DNA of 64,000 nucleotides from Eledone cirrhosa (GCA_964016885.1 OZ024755.1:18476001-18540000); one strand, 5' to 3'; counted from the first letter of the stretch, positions 12,232 through 23,854 are shown. Program-made: numbers and translations. The notes: generated by a model not told the origin, from the sequence alone.

Positions 12232-12340
12232 AGGTACTCAATATGATAGTAGTAGAGTATATATTCATTTTATTATAGAAATGACTTCTACAAGACTAGA
12301 ACTGTTTCATTCATAAAAAAATCATCAGGAAAGTCCTTGA
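12232..12340 (-). mobile_element. Penelope-like pLTR remnant, family C
   Basis: Homologous to the 57553-57740 element, including the TATTGAGTAC tail motif. Confidence 0.6.
12283..12335 (-). ncRNA. Type I hammerhead ribozyme motif
   Basis: Minus: GACTTTC-CTGATGA-TTTTTTTATGAAT-GAA-ACAG-TTCTAGTC-TTGT-A-GAAGTC; stems I and III pair, GUA cleavage site, weak stem II. Confidence 0.55.
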
Positions 12341-12352
12341 TAATTTCACCCC

Positions 12353-12709
12353 TTCACTAAGCCAACATCACCAATTTGATGAAAGGTGGAAGTGAATTGT
12401 GTCTATAAGCCAACAGGATGAAAGGTGGAAGGAGACCTTATCTATAAGTCTACTTGGCGAAAGATGGAAGTTAATCTTGTCTATAAGCCAACATGATGAA
12501 AGGTGGAAGGAGACCTTATCTATAAGTCTACTTGGCGAAAGATGGAAGTTAATCTTGTCTATAAGCCAACATGATGAAAGGTGGAAGGAGACCTTATCTA
12601 TAAGTCTACTTGGCGAAAGATGGAAGTTAATCTTGTCTATAAGCCAACATGATGAAAGGTGGAAGGAGACCTTATCTATTAGTCTACTTAGTGATGTTGG
12701 CTTAGTGAA
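12353..12709. mobile_element. MITE-like element: perfect 19-bp terminal inverted repeats around a 78-bp (39+39) higher-order tandem repeat
   Basis: TTCACTAAGCCAACATCAC (12353-12371) and GTGATGTTGGCTTAGTGAA (12691-12709); internal units alternate TCTATAAGCCAAC... and TCTATAAGTCTAC...; no clear TSD. Confidence 0.6.
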
Positions 12710-12749
12710 AATGCCATACTTTTGAAGAAGGAGTGAAATAGTTTAATCA

Positions 12750-12906
12750 TCTACAGAAAATGGCAGTGGAAGGCAGTCATGGCAGACCAAGAAAGAGCTG
12801 GGCAGAGGTTGTGAAAGCTGACCTTAAATCACTGAGACTCAGAGAGGCAATGACAAAGGATTGCGGTGTTGAAAAGGACCTGTCCAACCCATGCAAGCAT
12901 AGAAAA
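12750..12906 (+). mobile_element. RTE-clade LINE 3' fragment
   Basis: VEGSHGRPRKSWAEVVKADLKSLRL resembles the C-terminus of the 22416-23264 ORF; ends in the AACCCATGCAAGCAT tail motif. Confidence 0.7.
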
Positions 12907-13169
12907 TTCTTAACTGAGTTCTTAACTAATTCCTTTTTTAAATATATTCTCCCTAGGAGGGTGAAAGATTAATTCAACTCTGGTAGGGTTTTCATATAGA
13001 ATTCTATTATTAAACCACAGGAAGAGGAGGAGGTGTGGGTGATTGTCACTTTTAAGGTTCTTTCAAACTGATTAGTCTAATGTGGTTGAGATATAATTCA
13101 AATTTCTATTTTTCAAATATACACAGCAAAAATTTAAAAAAGAAAATAATAAATTAAAAATGAATCAAA

Positions 13170-13430
13170 ACCTACAACTTTCATTGAATTTCTGTATGTT
13201 GATGTCTGGAGAAAAATATTTGGGCAGGGACAGAGTTCCAGCAGGATGTACTGGGGAGTGTTTAATGTGGAAGTTTAGTAGGGTGAGACTAAGTAGGAAT
13301 GTGATAATTAGAGGTGAGGCACTGAATGGGTAGAGGTTGCATATAGCTTGGTAGCTTAGTAGAGCAGCAAGTCATTAGAGTTGTCACAGAGAAGAGAGGA
13401 TGAGAGGATGAGACAAAAGTAGGAAAAAGT
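13170..13430 (-). mobile_element. Decayed CR1/Jockey-group LINE 3' remnant
   Basis: Minus translation with frameshift resembles ...PSTSCWNSVPAQIF...INIQKFNES, the WN.LP...FK-type C-terminus. Confidence 0.35.
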
Positions 13431-13699
13431 GTGTGTATATTATTGTATAATGTTTTGGTGTGTAAATAATATTTGCCAATTAGTCAAATAACTTTTTTTT
13501 TGTCTATTTTTCTTATGTATATATATATATATATATATATATAGTAGCAAAACACTAGTGTGTTATATCCACAGAGGCAGAGCACTCAGCCCATGGGACG
13601 AGTTTGGTAGAAGTAGTTCCACAACAATTAGTAAACCATCCTCAGAAATGTTACTAACTGTTGTGGAACTACTTCTATCTATCTGGAGATGAGGGTTTC

Positions 13700-13875
13700 A
13701 CATTTTTTTCGGGGGTATGTGTTACCCATATGAACTGTCTCCCCCTATTGGGGAAAATCGACTAATTTTTTTAATTGCATTTGTGATAACATTTTACACG
13801 TTTTTATTGTATGTAAACTTCCCCCTTTGTATTTGTCCCCTTCTTTTGTGCCCCTGTGGCTAATAAAGAAACATA
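13700..13875 (+). mobile_element. Tx1/L1-like LINE 3' UTR remnant
   Basis: Ends TTGTCCCCTTCTTTTGTGCCCCTGTGGCTAATAAAGAAA, matching the reverse copies at 44138 and 44470. Confidence 0.55.
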
Positions 13876-14154
13876 TCTATATATATATATATTCATCTTA
13901 TTAAGGCTAAATAGTGAATCTTGATACTCTGGAGTTTTGCCTGTTTACCACAGGGTCATCATATACGAACAGTACTCTGACATAGGTTGAACATGTGCTC
14001 TGTTAAAGATCGAGAACAGATCAGAGATTATGTAACAGAAGGGCCCTTCCCCAACTTCCACACACACTTATGAAGCAGGTTCCTAGGGTTTATTTGTAAG
14101 TTCAAATGTTCTTAAGTTCAACAATACTGAATACTATGTAGAGCAATATTGATT

Positions 14155-14616
14155 TTGAATTAAGGCACAAGGCCAGCAAATTTGAGGGAAGGGCAAAGTT
14201 GACTAAATGACTGGTACTTAATTTTATTGACCCTCGGGATAATGACGGGTAAAGTTGACTAAATGACTGGTACTTTATTTTATTGACCCTCGGGATAATG
14301 ACGGGTAAAGTTGACTAAATGACTGGTACTTTATTTTATTGACCCTCGGGATAATGAAGGACAAAGTTGAATAAATGACTGGTACTTAATTTTATTGACC
14401 CTCGGGATAATGACGGGTAAAGTTAACTAAATGACTGGTACTTTATTTTATTGACCCTCGGGATAATGAAGGACAAAGTTGACTAAATGACTGGTACTTT
14501 ATTTTATCGACCCCAGAAAAATGAAAGGCAAAGTTGATCTTGGCAAGATTTAAGCGCAGAATGTAAAGAGCCAGAACAAATAACATAACAGCATTTTATC
14601 CGACGCTCTACCAATC
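14155..14616 (-). mobile_element. SINE family 1 containing an internal 56-bp tandem array (about 6 copies, 14195-14511)
   Basis: SINE tail (GGCACAAGGCCAGCAA) and head (CCGACGCTCTACCAAT) flank repeats of AAAGTTGACTAAATGACTGGTACTTTATTTTATTGACCCTCGGGATAATG... Confidence 0.85.
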
Positions 14617-15252
14617 CCTGCTGCTATAAACAGTAATATTAATGAAAAGTTTGTACAATACAGTTGTAGCTCAATAGATATATTTTACCAACCTTAGACA
14701 GTATTCTAATGTATAAATGGCATAACAATGATAATCAAAAGAATAAATGATAATTGTTGTATATAATGTGGTTGGCTGCTTGCGTCAGTCTCTTGCATCA
14801 ATGGTGACAATGAATACTGTGACGTCACATTGACTACAACGAATACAACATATTTATAGGATGACGATGAATAGCTAACATCATCTCTTTATGCTGTCAT
14901 ATATTCATTGGAAGATAATTATTATTGTCCTACCCATGCTAGTGTGGAAGATTGAACATTAAACGATGAAGAAGATGATGATGATGATGATGATGATCCT
15001 TGTTTAGTTAAACAGTTCCCAAAGTATATGTAGAGGCTGCTTGTGTATGAATGGTTCAATTGATGGAGGATATTTTTTTTAATAACTCTAACTCAAAAGA
15101 GTGGGTATACTTGACCACCATAAGTGAATATTGTGAAGCATTACAGACATTTCTAAGCTCTATGGGTTCATTCTGTCATTACCACAGTAGAGGTCCGACA
15201 AGCTTTTGATCCCAGAGTCGGGCCAGATCGATTCAGATCGAACCTTGAGCTG

Positions 15253-15750
15253 ATCAATAGACACCCAGCAGTAGTGACCCTTACAGTCCACGTGGAAAAT
15301 GGTCATAGGGTATATTACACTGAAGAAAATGCACAATTGAAGGTTGAGTCTCCTCAAGATACAAATCTCACTGCTTTTTTTAAAGCTTTGTGATGAAGAT
15401 GTCTTTGCTAAAATCTTGCTTTGTCACAGGATTCCCACATTCTATACATGGAATAAAACGAAATGGAGCAGACGAAAGATAGGCAATCGTGTAGATGGCT
15501 ATCAAGACATCAAAGCAAGTGGAACAATAGGAAGGGTTTACATAGTCCATCATAGACATAAGGAATGTTTCCATTTAAGGTTACTCCTTCATACTGTCAG
15601 AGGGCCAACATCATTTGAAAAAATTAAAATTGTAAATTGAATTCCCTGTGCAACATATGCTGAAGCATGTAAATTACTTGGCCTACTTGAAGACGGGGAA
15701 TATTGGAAAAAGACATTGGAAGAGACAGCTCCCACACAAATGCCTAGTAT
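15253..15750 (+). pseudogene. Helitron Rep-helicase fragment, disrupted
   Basis: RHPAVVTLTVHVENGHRVYY...TNLTAFF (frameshift about 15381) KLCDEDVFAK...FYTW...IGRVY...ECFHLRLLLHTVRGPTSFEKIKIVN*IPCATYAEACKLLGLLEDGEYW: the characteristic Helitron Rep-to-helicase linker; internal stop at 15638. Confidence 0.9.
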
Positions 15751-17010
15751 ATAATATATAGGCAGCGCATATCTATATATACAATATATATAGCACATAT
15801 CTCTAAATATATAATATATATAGCCCATATCTCTAAATATATAATATATATAGCCCATATCTCTAAATATATAATATATATAGCCCATATCTCTATATAC
15901 AATATATACAGCACATATCTCTATATACAATATATACAGCACATATCTCTATATACAATATATACAGCACATATATCTAAATTTATAATATATATAGCCC
16001 ATATCTATATATATAATATATACAATATATATAGCCCATATCTCTATATATAATATATACAGCACATATATCTAAATATATGATATATATAGCCCATATC
16101 TCTATATACAATATATACAGCACATATATCTAAATATATGATATATATAGCCCATATCTCTATATACAATATATACAGCACATATATCTAAATATATAAT
16201 ATATATAGCCCATATCTATATATATAATATATACAATATATATAGCCCATATCTCTATATACAATATATACAGCACATATATCTAAATATATAATATATA
16301 TAGCCCATATCTCTATATACAATATATACAGCACATATATCTAAATATATAATATATATAGCCCATATCTCTATATACAATATATACAGCACATATATCT
16401 AAATATATAATATATATAGCCCATATCTCTATATACAATATATACAGCACATATATCTAAATATATAATATATATAGCCCATATCTATATATATAATATA
16501 TACAATATATATAGCCCATATCTCTATATATAATATATACAGCACATATATCTAAATAAATAATATATATAGCCCATATCTCTATATACAATATACACAG
16601 CACATATATCTAAATATATGATATATATAGCCCATATCTCTATATACAATATATACAGCACATATATCTAAATATATAATATATATAGCCCATATCTATA
16701 TATATAATATATACAATATATATAGCCCATATCTCTATATACAATATATACAGCACATATATCTAAATATATAATATATATAGCCCATATCTCTATATAC
16801 AATATATACAGCATATATATCTAAATATATAATATATATAGCCCATATCTCTATATATAATATATACAGCACATATATCTAAATATATAATATATATAGC
16901 CCATATCTCTATATACAATATACACAGCACATATATCTAAATAAATAATATATATAGCCCATATCTCTATATATAATATATACAGCACATATATCTAAAT
17001 ATATAATATA
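15748..17010. repeat. AT-rich minisatellite with alternating 28/30-bp monomers (AGCCCATATC / AGCACATAT), about 58-bp higher-order period
   Basis: Direct periodicity. Confidence 0.93.
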
Positions 17011-17318
17011 ATTGTTTCTACTTTTGGCACAAGGCGAGCAATTATCCCAGTGCATTACTGGTACTTTATTTTATCAAAGGCAAAGTTAACCTCAGCAGGA
17101 TTTGAACTCAGACTGCAAAGGGATGTAAAATATAATTGTTTCTACGTTTGACACAAGGCCAGCACATACCCAGTGCATTACTGGTACTTTATTTTATCGA
17201 CCCTGTAAAGATGAAAGGCAAAGTTATCCTCGGCGGGATTTGAACTCAGAATGGCAAGGGCCGTAACTCTATACATCAAAGCATGGCGTCCGACCCTCTA
17301 CCAATGCTGCCAATTCAC
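17008..17318 (-). mobile_element. Two tandem SINE family 1 copies (truncated plus near-full)
   Basis: Two TTGTTTCTAC tails (about 17012 and 17136) and two GATTTGAACTC B-boxes. Confidence 0.85.
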
Positions 17319-18049
17319 ATAATCTAAACATAAAATACAATATTTAAATATACAATATAATCTAAATAAAACAAATGATAGACCATGAAATAGTATCTAC
17401 TGTTAGTTCTAACTATTGTCATTTAGATTTGACCTGAAAGTGACCAGCTCTTACTTTACTCCACCACTTGGCCTACTTCAACAAATATTTCCAATACTCC
17501 CCACCCCCACCACCACCCTCAGTTACTTCAGTAATTTTCATTATTCACATTCTCTTTTATTTACACCAGAACAAAATTACTGTCAGAATCTATTAAATAC
17601 TCAGACCTTGTTATAGAGATATAGTATGGTATGGTATAGTACCCCAACCTTGTAACTCCTAATGTAGTCATGGAGACACAGCAGAGGGTACACACAATAA
17701 GTAAATTAGATGTTGTGGAGTTATAAAATCTAACACGATTTGAAAAGCTTAACTTATAAATATGGATAAGAAGTCCAAGTATGAAAGAGATCTACCAACA
17801 ATACTAATACTTCAGGTTTCTTTTGTCTCCTGGAGAATATTTTAATTACTATCTAGGCTAGATGACAGACAAAAGGTCTTCAGTGGTATGAGAGTTGCTT
17901 CCCATTTCACTGACAAGTCTTAACTTAATTACATTCTCATTTCATGAATATATTGCAATCAAATTAGCTAATCATGCTGGAAGCTAAGGGTATTTAATAT
18001 CACTCGTAAATGAGCTTAATTGCAATGTTGTAACTGGATCAACCTTGTT

Positions 18050-18262
18050 AGCATATATAACCTACACACTATTATATCTGTTGTTGTGAGCCACAGGTCA
18101 TCTCTGACTGAGGAGGCCTACACACTATTATATGTTATTTTTTGCCCCAGGTCATCTCTGATTTAGCAGACCTACTCACTATTATATCTGTTGTTGTTAG
18201 CTCCAGGTCAGGTCTGACTGAACAGATCTACAATCCAAGAAAGACATTCCAGTTGTGACAAA
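18050..18262. repeat. Three degenerate about 58-bp direct repeats within a dispersed repeat
   Basis: CCTACACACTATTATATCTGTTGTTG...CAGGTCATCTCTGA x3, followed by AAAGACATTCC, a motif also near 47660 and 49400. Confidence 0.6.
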
Positions 18263-18625
18263 TGATTACACTGTTCAATGTTTCCTTCTTTTTTTTTTTT
18301 AACAACAATAGCAGCATGTAATTTGAGGGAGGCTTGGCTACTACTTTCAGCAGATCAAGTGGCAAATAGAGGTTCCCATTTTATTTATTTGATTGCCTTG
18401 AACAGACTTCACTATGGTGCAAGCATTTGGACCAGGCCTCTGATTTGAGGATTTTTTTCCTCTTCCCACCACACCTAGAGGCTCTGAAAAAGTGTCACCA
18501 GCACTGCCTTTCTCTCCCTTACTAAATAGTGAAAAAAAAGGGGAGGGGCGCATATCCACTGTGACCATTTTAAAAAAAAGATGGACTGTTTTATTTGTCT
18601 AGATGATCTGTGAACTGCTTCTTCG

Positions 18626-20440
18626 GGCAGTGTTAGCTACCAGCGTCAATACATTTGGTAGGTTAAACATGTTTAGTTAGGCAGTGCTAGCTTCCAGCAA
18701 TAATACATGTAGTTTAAACATGTTTAGTTAGGCAGTGCTAGCTTCCAGCAATAATACATGTAGCTTATACATGTTTAGTCAGGCAGTGCTAGCTTCCAGC
18801 AATAATACATGTAGTTTAAACATGTTTAGTTAGGCAGTGCTAGCTACCAGCAATAATACATGTAGCTTATACATGTTTAGTGAGGCAGTGCTAGCGTCCA
18901 GCAATAATACATGTAGCTTAAACATGTTTAGTGAGGCAGTGCTAGCTTCCAGCAATAATACATGTAGCTTATACATGTTTAATGAGGCAGTGCTGGCTTC
19001 CAGCAATAATACATGTAGCTTATACATGTTTAATGAGGCAGTGCTGGCTTCCAGCAATAATACATGTAGCTTATACATGTTTAATGAGGCAGTGCTGGCT
19101 TCCAGCAATAATGCATGTAGCTTATACATGTTTAATGAGGCAGTGCTGGCTACCAGCAATAATACATGTAGCTTATACATGTTTAGTGAGGCAGTGCTAG
19201 CTTCCAGCAATAATACATGTAGCTTAAACATGTTTAGTGAGGCAGTGCTAGCTTCCAGCAATAATACATGTAGCTTATACATGTTTAATGAGGCAGTGCT
19301 GGCTTCCAGCAATAATACATGTAGCTTATACATGTTTAATGAGGCAGTGCTGGCTTCCAGCAATAATACATGTAGCTTATACATGTTTAATGAGGCAGTG
19401 CTGGCTTCCAGCAATAATGCATGTAGCTTATACATGTTTAGTTAGGCAGTGCTGGCTTCCAGCAATAATACATGTAGCTTATACATGTTTAATGAGGCAG
19501 TGCTGGCTTCCAGCAATAATGCATGTAGCTTATACATGTTTAGTTAGGCAGTGCTGGCTTCCAGCAATAATACATGTAGCTTATACATGTTTAGTTAGGC
19601 AGTGCTGGCTTCCAGCAATAATACATACAGCTTATACATGTTTAGTGAGGCAGTGCTAGCTTCCAGCAATAATACATGTAGTTTATACATGTTTAGTTAG
19701 GCAGTGCTGGCTTCCAGCAATAATACATGTAGCTTATACATGTTTAGTTAGGCAGTGCTAGCTTCCAGCAATAATACATGTAGCTTATACATGTTTAGTT
19801 AGGCAGTGCTAGCTTCCAGCAATAATACATGTAGCTTATACATGTTTAGTTAGGCAGTGCTAGCTTCCAGCAATAATACATGTAGCTTATACATGTTTAA
19901 TGAGGCAGTGCTGGCTTCCAGCAATAATACATGTAGCTTATACATGTTTAGTCAGGCAGTGCTGGCTACCAGTAATAATACATGTAGCTTATACATGTTT
20001 AGTTAGGCAGTGCTGGCTTCCAGCAATAATACATGTAGCTTATACATGTTTAGTGAGGCAGTGCTGGCTACCAGTAATAATACATGTAGCTTATACATGT
20101 TTAGTGAGGCAGTGCTATCTTCCAGCAATAATACATGTAGCTTATACATGTTTAGTGAGGCAGTGCTAGCTACCAGCAATAATACATGTAGCTTATACAT
20201 GTTTAGTGAGGCAGTGCTGGCTACCAGTAATAATACATGTAGCTTATACATGTAGCTTATACATGTTTAGTGAGGCAGTGCTAGCTTCCAGCAATAATAC
20301 ATGTAGCTTATACATGTTTAGTGAGACAGTGCTAGCTTCCAGCAATAATACATGTAGCTTATACATGTTTAGTGAGGCAGTGCTGGCTACCAGTAATAAT
20401 ACATGTAGCTTATACATGTTTAGTGAGACAGTGCTAGCTT
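18626..20440. repeat. 51-bp minisatellite (GGCAGTGCTAGCTTCCAGCAATAATACATGTAGCTTATACATGTTTAGTGA), about 35 copies
   Basis: Direct periodicity; 17-aa repeat ORFs. Confidence 0.97.
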
Positions 20441-20612
20441 CTACTTTAGGCACAAGACCAGCAATTATCCCCAGTGCATTACTGGTACTTTATTTTTTTG
20501 ACTCTGTAAGGATGAAAAGTAAAGTTAACCTCAATGGGATTTGAACTCATAACGTAAAGGGTCATAACTCTATGCTGCAAAGCATGGTGTCTGACACTAC
20601 CGATACTGCCAC
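20438..20612 (-). mobile_element. SINE family 1 abutting the 51-bp array
   Basis: TTCTACTTTAGGCACAAGACCAGC...GATTTGAACTC...CCGATACTGCCA. Confidence 0.85.
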
Positions 20613-20874
20613 TCTACATGTTGAACATTGTCAACGGTGAAGTACAACAAAGATCGGAAACATCAGGTTTCGTAGTAAAAAGTAATTAATTTTAAATGGA
20701 ACTGAAGCAAACGATTCAGAGAAAGAAAATGAAGGAAGAAACTGTTAAACATTGAAGAAGACAGCTGTATCAACTTCATAACCGATATATTGAAACCGAT
20801 GTAACTATTAGAAGGATGAATATGCGAATGATTTATAAATATAATTACTAAATATAAATATGATTTATAAATAG

Positions 20875-21246
20875 TCATCATCATCATCAACGTTTAACGT
20901 CCATCTTCCACGCTTGCATGGGTTTGGACGGGAGTTTTCCCACTTGAGGCAAGAGTGGTTGTCTTGCTCGCATAGGACTGTCTGGCGGGTTTTCTACAGT
21001 TGGATGCCCTTCCTAACACCAACCACGTTTACAGTGTGGGGCTGGGAGGTTTTTACCGTGTTGCCTACACGGCCACATTACAGCGTGGACTGTGTGTTTT
21101 TTTGTCGTGACACCTACACGATCTCATTTGTTTCGGCCTGGATGGCGCGGCACCAACATAACTTTACATAGAACGGGGTGGTGTGGATGGGGTGGGGGTG
21201 GTGGGGGTGGGACGGGGTGTATTTTGTTAGAGATGCCTACTGGCTG
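20875..21246 (-). mobile_element. 5'-truncated RTE LINE 3' UTR copy
   Basis: Reverse complement of 23286-23770; (GAT)n tail. Confidence 0.88.
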
Positions 21247-21402
21247 GAATATTTCATAAATCTTTAAATTCTTTGCTCCATATTTCTAACAAGAATAGAC
21301 TGTATTTATAACATCATCATCATCCTCATCATTATCATCTTCGTTTAACGTCCATCTTCCACGCTAGCATAGGTTAAAACAAGTTTAGTTAAATTACTTT
21401 AA

Positions 21403-21622
21403 CCCTTTAATGATCAAACTGGCCAAAACCGGTCAGAATTCTCCACCTCTTTCTGTTGAAACTGGCTGTAACTGGTCGCTCAAACTGATGTTAAGGTATT
21501 GTTCTCAAAATAAATATTTTCAAAATCCCATAGATTCGATATTATATGAGATAATTATGTGAGGTAAAGCCTTTACCATGAAAATATAATAGTATATATA
21601 AAATAATGTGAATGCTAAAGGG
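21403..21622. mobile_element. piggyBac-type MITE (subtype b)
   Basis: TTAA|CCCTTTA...TGCTAAAGGG|TTAA; four copies in window. Confidence 0.85.
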
Positions 21623-22076
21623 TTAAGGAACCTTTGACGTAATATTTACTGTGTGAAATCTAATACCTTTTACGTAATAATTGACTTTTCAGTCACAGAT
21701 ATGGATTTATATTTAAACACTTAAATAGGGGTGGTCTTGGTTGGCGAGGAGTTGAAAGGTTGAAACAATATTCCCAAACTATTTCAGCTTTGGCTTTGTA
21801 TATTCTGATTAAATACTAAAGAATGTATGTGTGTATGTATCTGTATGTACACACACACAAGTAAAGGTGGTTTATACATAAGAAAAACAAACCTATGAGA
21901 TTGTTTTCACAGTTGCCTTTTCTGTGATTTGTAAAGGGATTCCATTCCAGAGTTGTTATCCTAGAATTTCAGTAGGAAGTTTATGTAACAACAAAATAAC
22001 AAATAATAAAAAAAAAATTGGTCTCTAATTATACTAAACATATCTCACAGGGTAGGCAGGGTATAGGTACTCTCCT

Positions 22077-22121
22077 ATATATATATATAGACACATATAT
22101 ACATACACATGTATATATACA

Positions 22122-22181
<60 letters not shown>

Positions 22182-22376
22182 TGTATATATATATATAAGT
22201 GTATATATATATATAAGTGTATATATATATATATAAGTGTATATATATATATATAAGTGTGTATATATATATATATATATATAAGTGTATATATATATAT
22301 ATAAGTGTATATATATATATATAAGTGTATATATATATATATATAAGTGTATATATATATATATATATATATATAA

Positions 22377-22414
<38 letters not shown>
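22077..22414. repeat. (TA)n microsatellite punctuated by AAGTG
   Basis: Direct; the same pattern resumes at 23772-23978 after the LINE. Confidence 0.9.
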
Positions 22415-22415
<1 letters not shown>

Positions 22416-22417
<2 letters not shown>

Positions 22418-23264
22418 GACTAAAGTTCTAGTTTGTAGGAAAGAAAATAAGGCGGCGGTCCCATCGGGGAAATGGCCATGCTCAGTGTGTAGGAAAGGCG
22501 TAGGTAGAAACTCCATTTTATGTCCCAAATGCAAAGTATGGGTGCATAAAAGATGTAGTGGGATCACGGGTAAGCTAACTAAGAACATAGATTTTACATG
22601 TGGCCGGTGCTCTGGTGCAATAAGTAGCAGCAAGTGCCCACACAATACTAGCTCCTTCAACTGCGCAGAGGGTTCTATAGAAATAGTGGACAGCTTCCGT
22701 TATCTGGGTGACAAAATCAGCAGTGGGGGAGGGTGCTCTGAAAGTACAGTAGCTAGAGTCAGAACTGGATGGAAAAAGTTCAGAGAGCTTATACCACTAT
22801 TAGCCGCTAGAGGGTTCTCCCTAAAAATGAAAGGCAGGTTATACGATGCCTGCATACGAACAGCAATGCTGCATGGCAGTGAGACCTGGGCATTGTGTGC
22901 AGAGGATATACGCAGACTAGAGAGGAACGAAGCTTGCATGCTCCGCTGGATGTGCAATAGTAATATACGCGAACGGCAAAGCATAAACGAACTAAGGAAA
23001 AAATTAGAAATAAGAGGGATCAGATGTTGTTTACTCGAGAGAAGGCTACGTTGGTACGGTCACGTGATGCGCATGAAAGACGACAGCTGTATAACAAAGT
23101 GCAGGGCAATAAAGATAGACGGTAGCCACGGAGTAGGCAGACCCAGAAAAACATGGGACGAGCTGATAAATTCCGACCTCACACGCTTACACCTCTCCAA
23201 GACAATGTCACTGGACCGAGACCTTTGGCGGTACTCAGTAATAGAGAAGACCCGCCTTACCTAA
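22416..23264 (+). CDS. LINE ORF2 C-terminal part (end of reverse transcriptase, inserted C4HC3 PHD-like zinc finger, thumb/C-terminal domain); 5'-truncated, no real start
   Basis: 283 uninterrupted codons; C-x2-C-x10-C-x2-C-x4-H-x2-C-x14-C-x2-C at 22479-22610. Confidence 0.85.
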
Positions 23265-23771
23265 ATACAAAGTAAAAACCTACTACAGTCAGTAGGCACC
23301 TCTATCAAAACACACCCCCGTCCCACCACCTCCACCCCACCCACACCGCCCCTTTCAATGTAAAGTTATGTTGGTCCCACAACATCCAGGCCGAAACAAA
23401 TGAGATCGTGTAGGTGTCACGACAAAAAACACACAGTCCACGCTGTAAATGTCGCCGTGTAGGCAACACGGTAAAAACCTCCCAGCCCCACACTGTAAAT
23501 GTGGTTGGTGTTAGGAAGGGCATCCAGCTGTAGAAAACCCGCCAGACAGTCCACGCTGTAATGTGGCCGTGTAGGCAACACGGTAAAAACCTCCCAGCCC
23601 CACACTGTAAATGTGGTTGGTGTTAGGAAGGGCATCCAACTGTAGAAAACCCGCCAGACAGTCCTATGCGAGCAAGACAACCACTCTTGCCTCAAGTGGG
23701 CAAACCCCCGTCCAAACCCATGCAAGCGTGGAACACGGACGCTAAACCTGATGATGATGATGATGATGATG
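22416..23771 (+). mobile_element. 5'-truncated RTE-clade LINE (ORF 3' end, 3' UTR, (GAT)n tail)
   Basis: ORF motifs [45 protein letters not shown]; about 500-bp UTR ending GGACGCTAAACCT(GAT)n; inserted in a TA/AAGTG microsatellite. Confidence 0.93.
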
Positions 23772-23807
23772 ATATATATATAAGTGTATATATATATATA
23801 TATATAA

Positions 23808-23854
<47 letters not shown>

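Noticed and set aside
13175-13206. 30-nt minus-strand microexon candidate
   Set aside because: Lies within a decayed LINE C-terminal remnant and has a weak donor.
18830-20544. Repeat ORFs, also 36698-37729, 43297-43755 (GAFGWDGWS) and 58061-58876
   Set aside because: Unit lengths are multiples of 3, so frames stay open by construction; no unique coding flanks.
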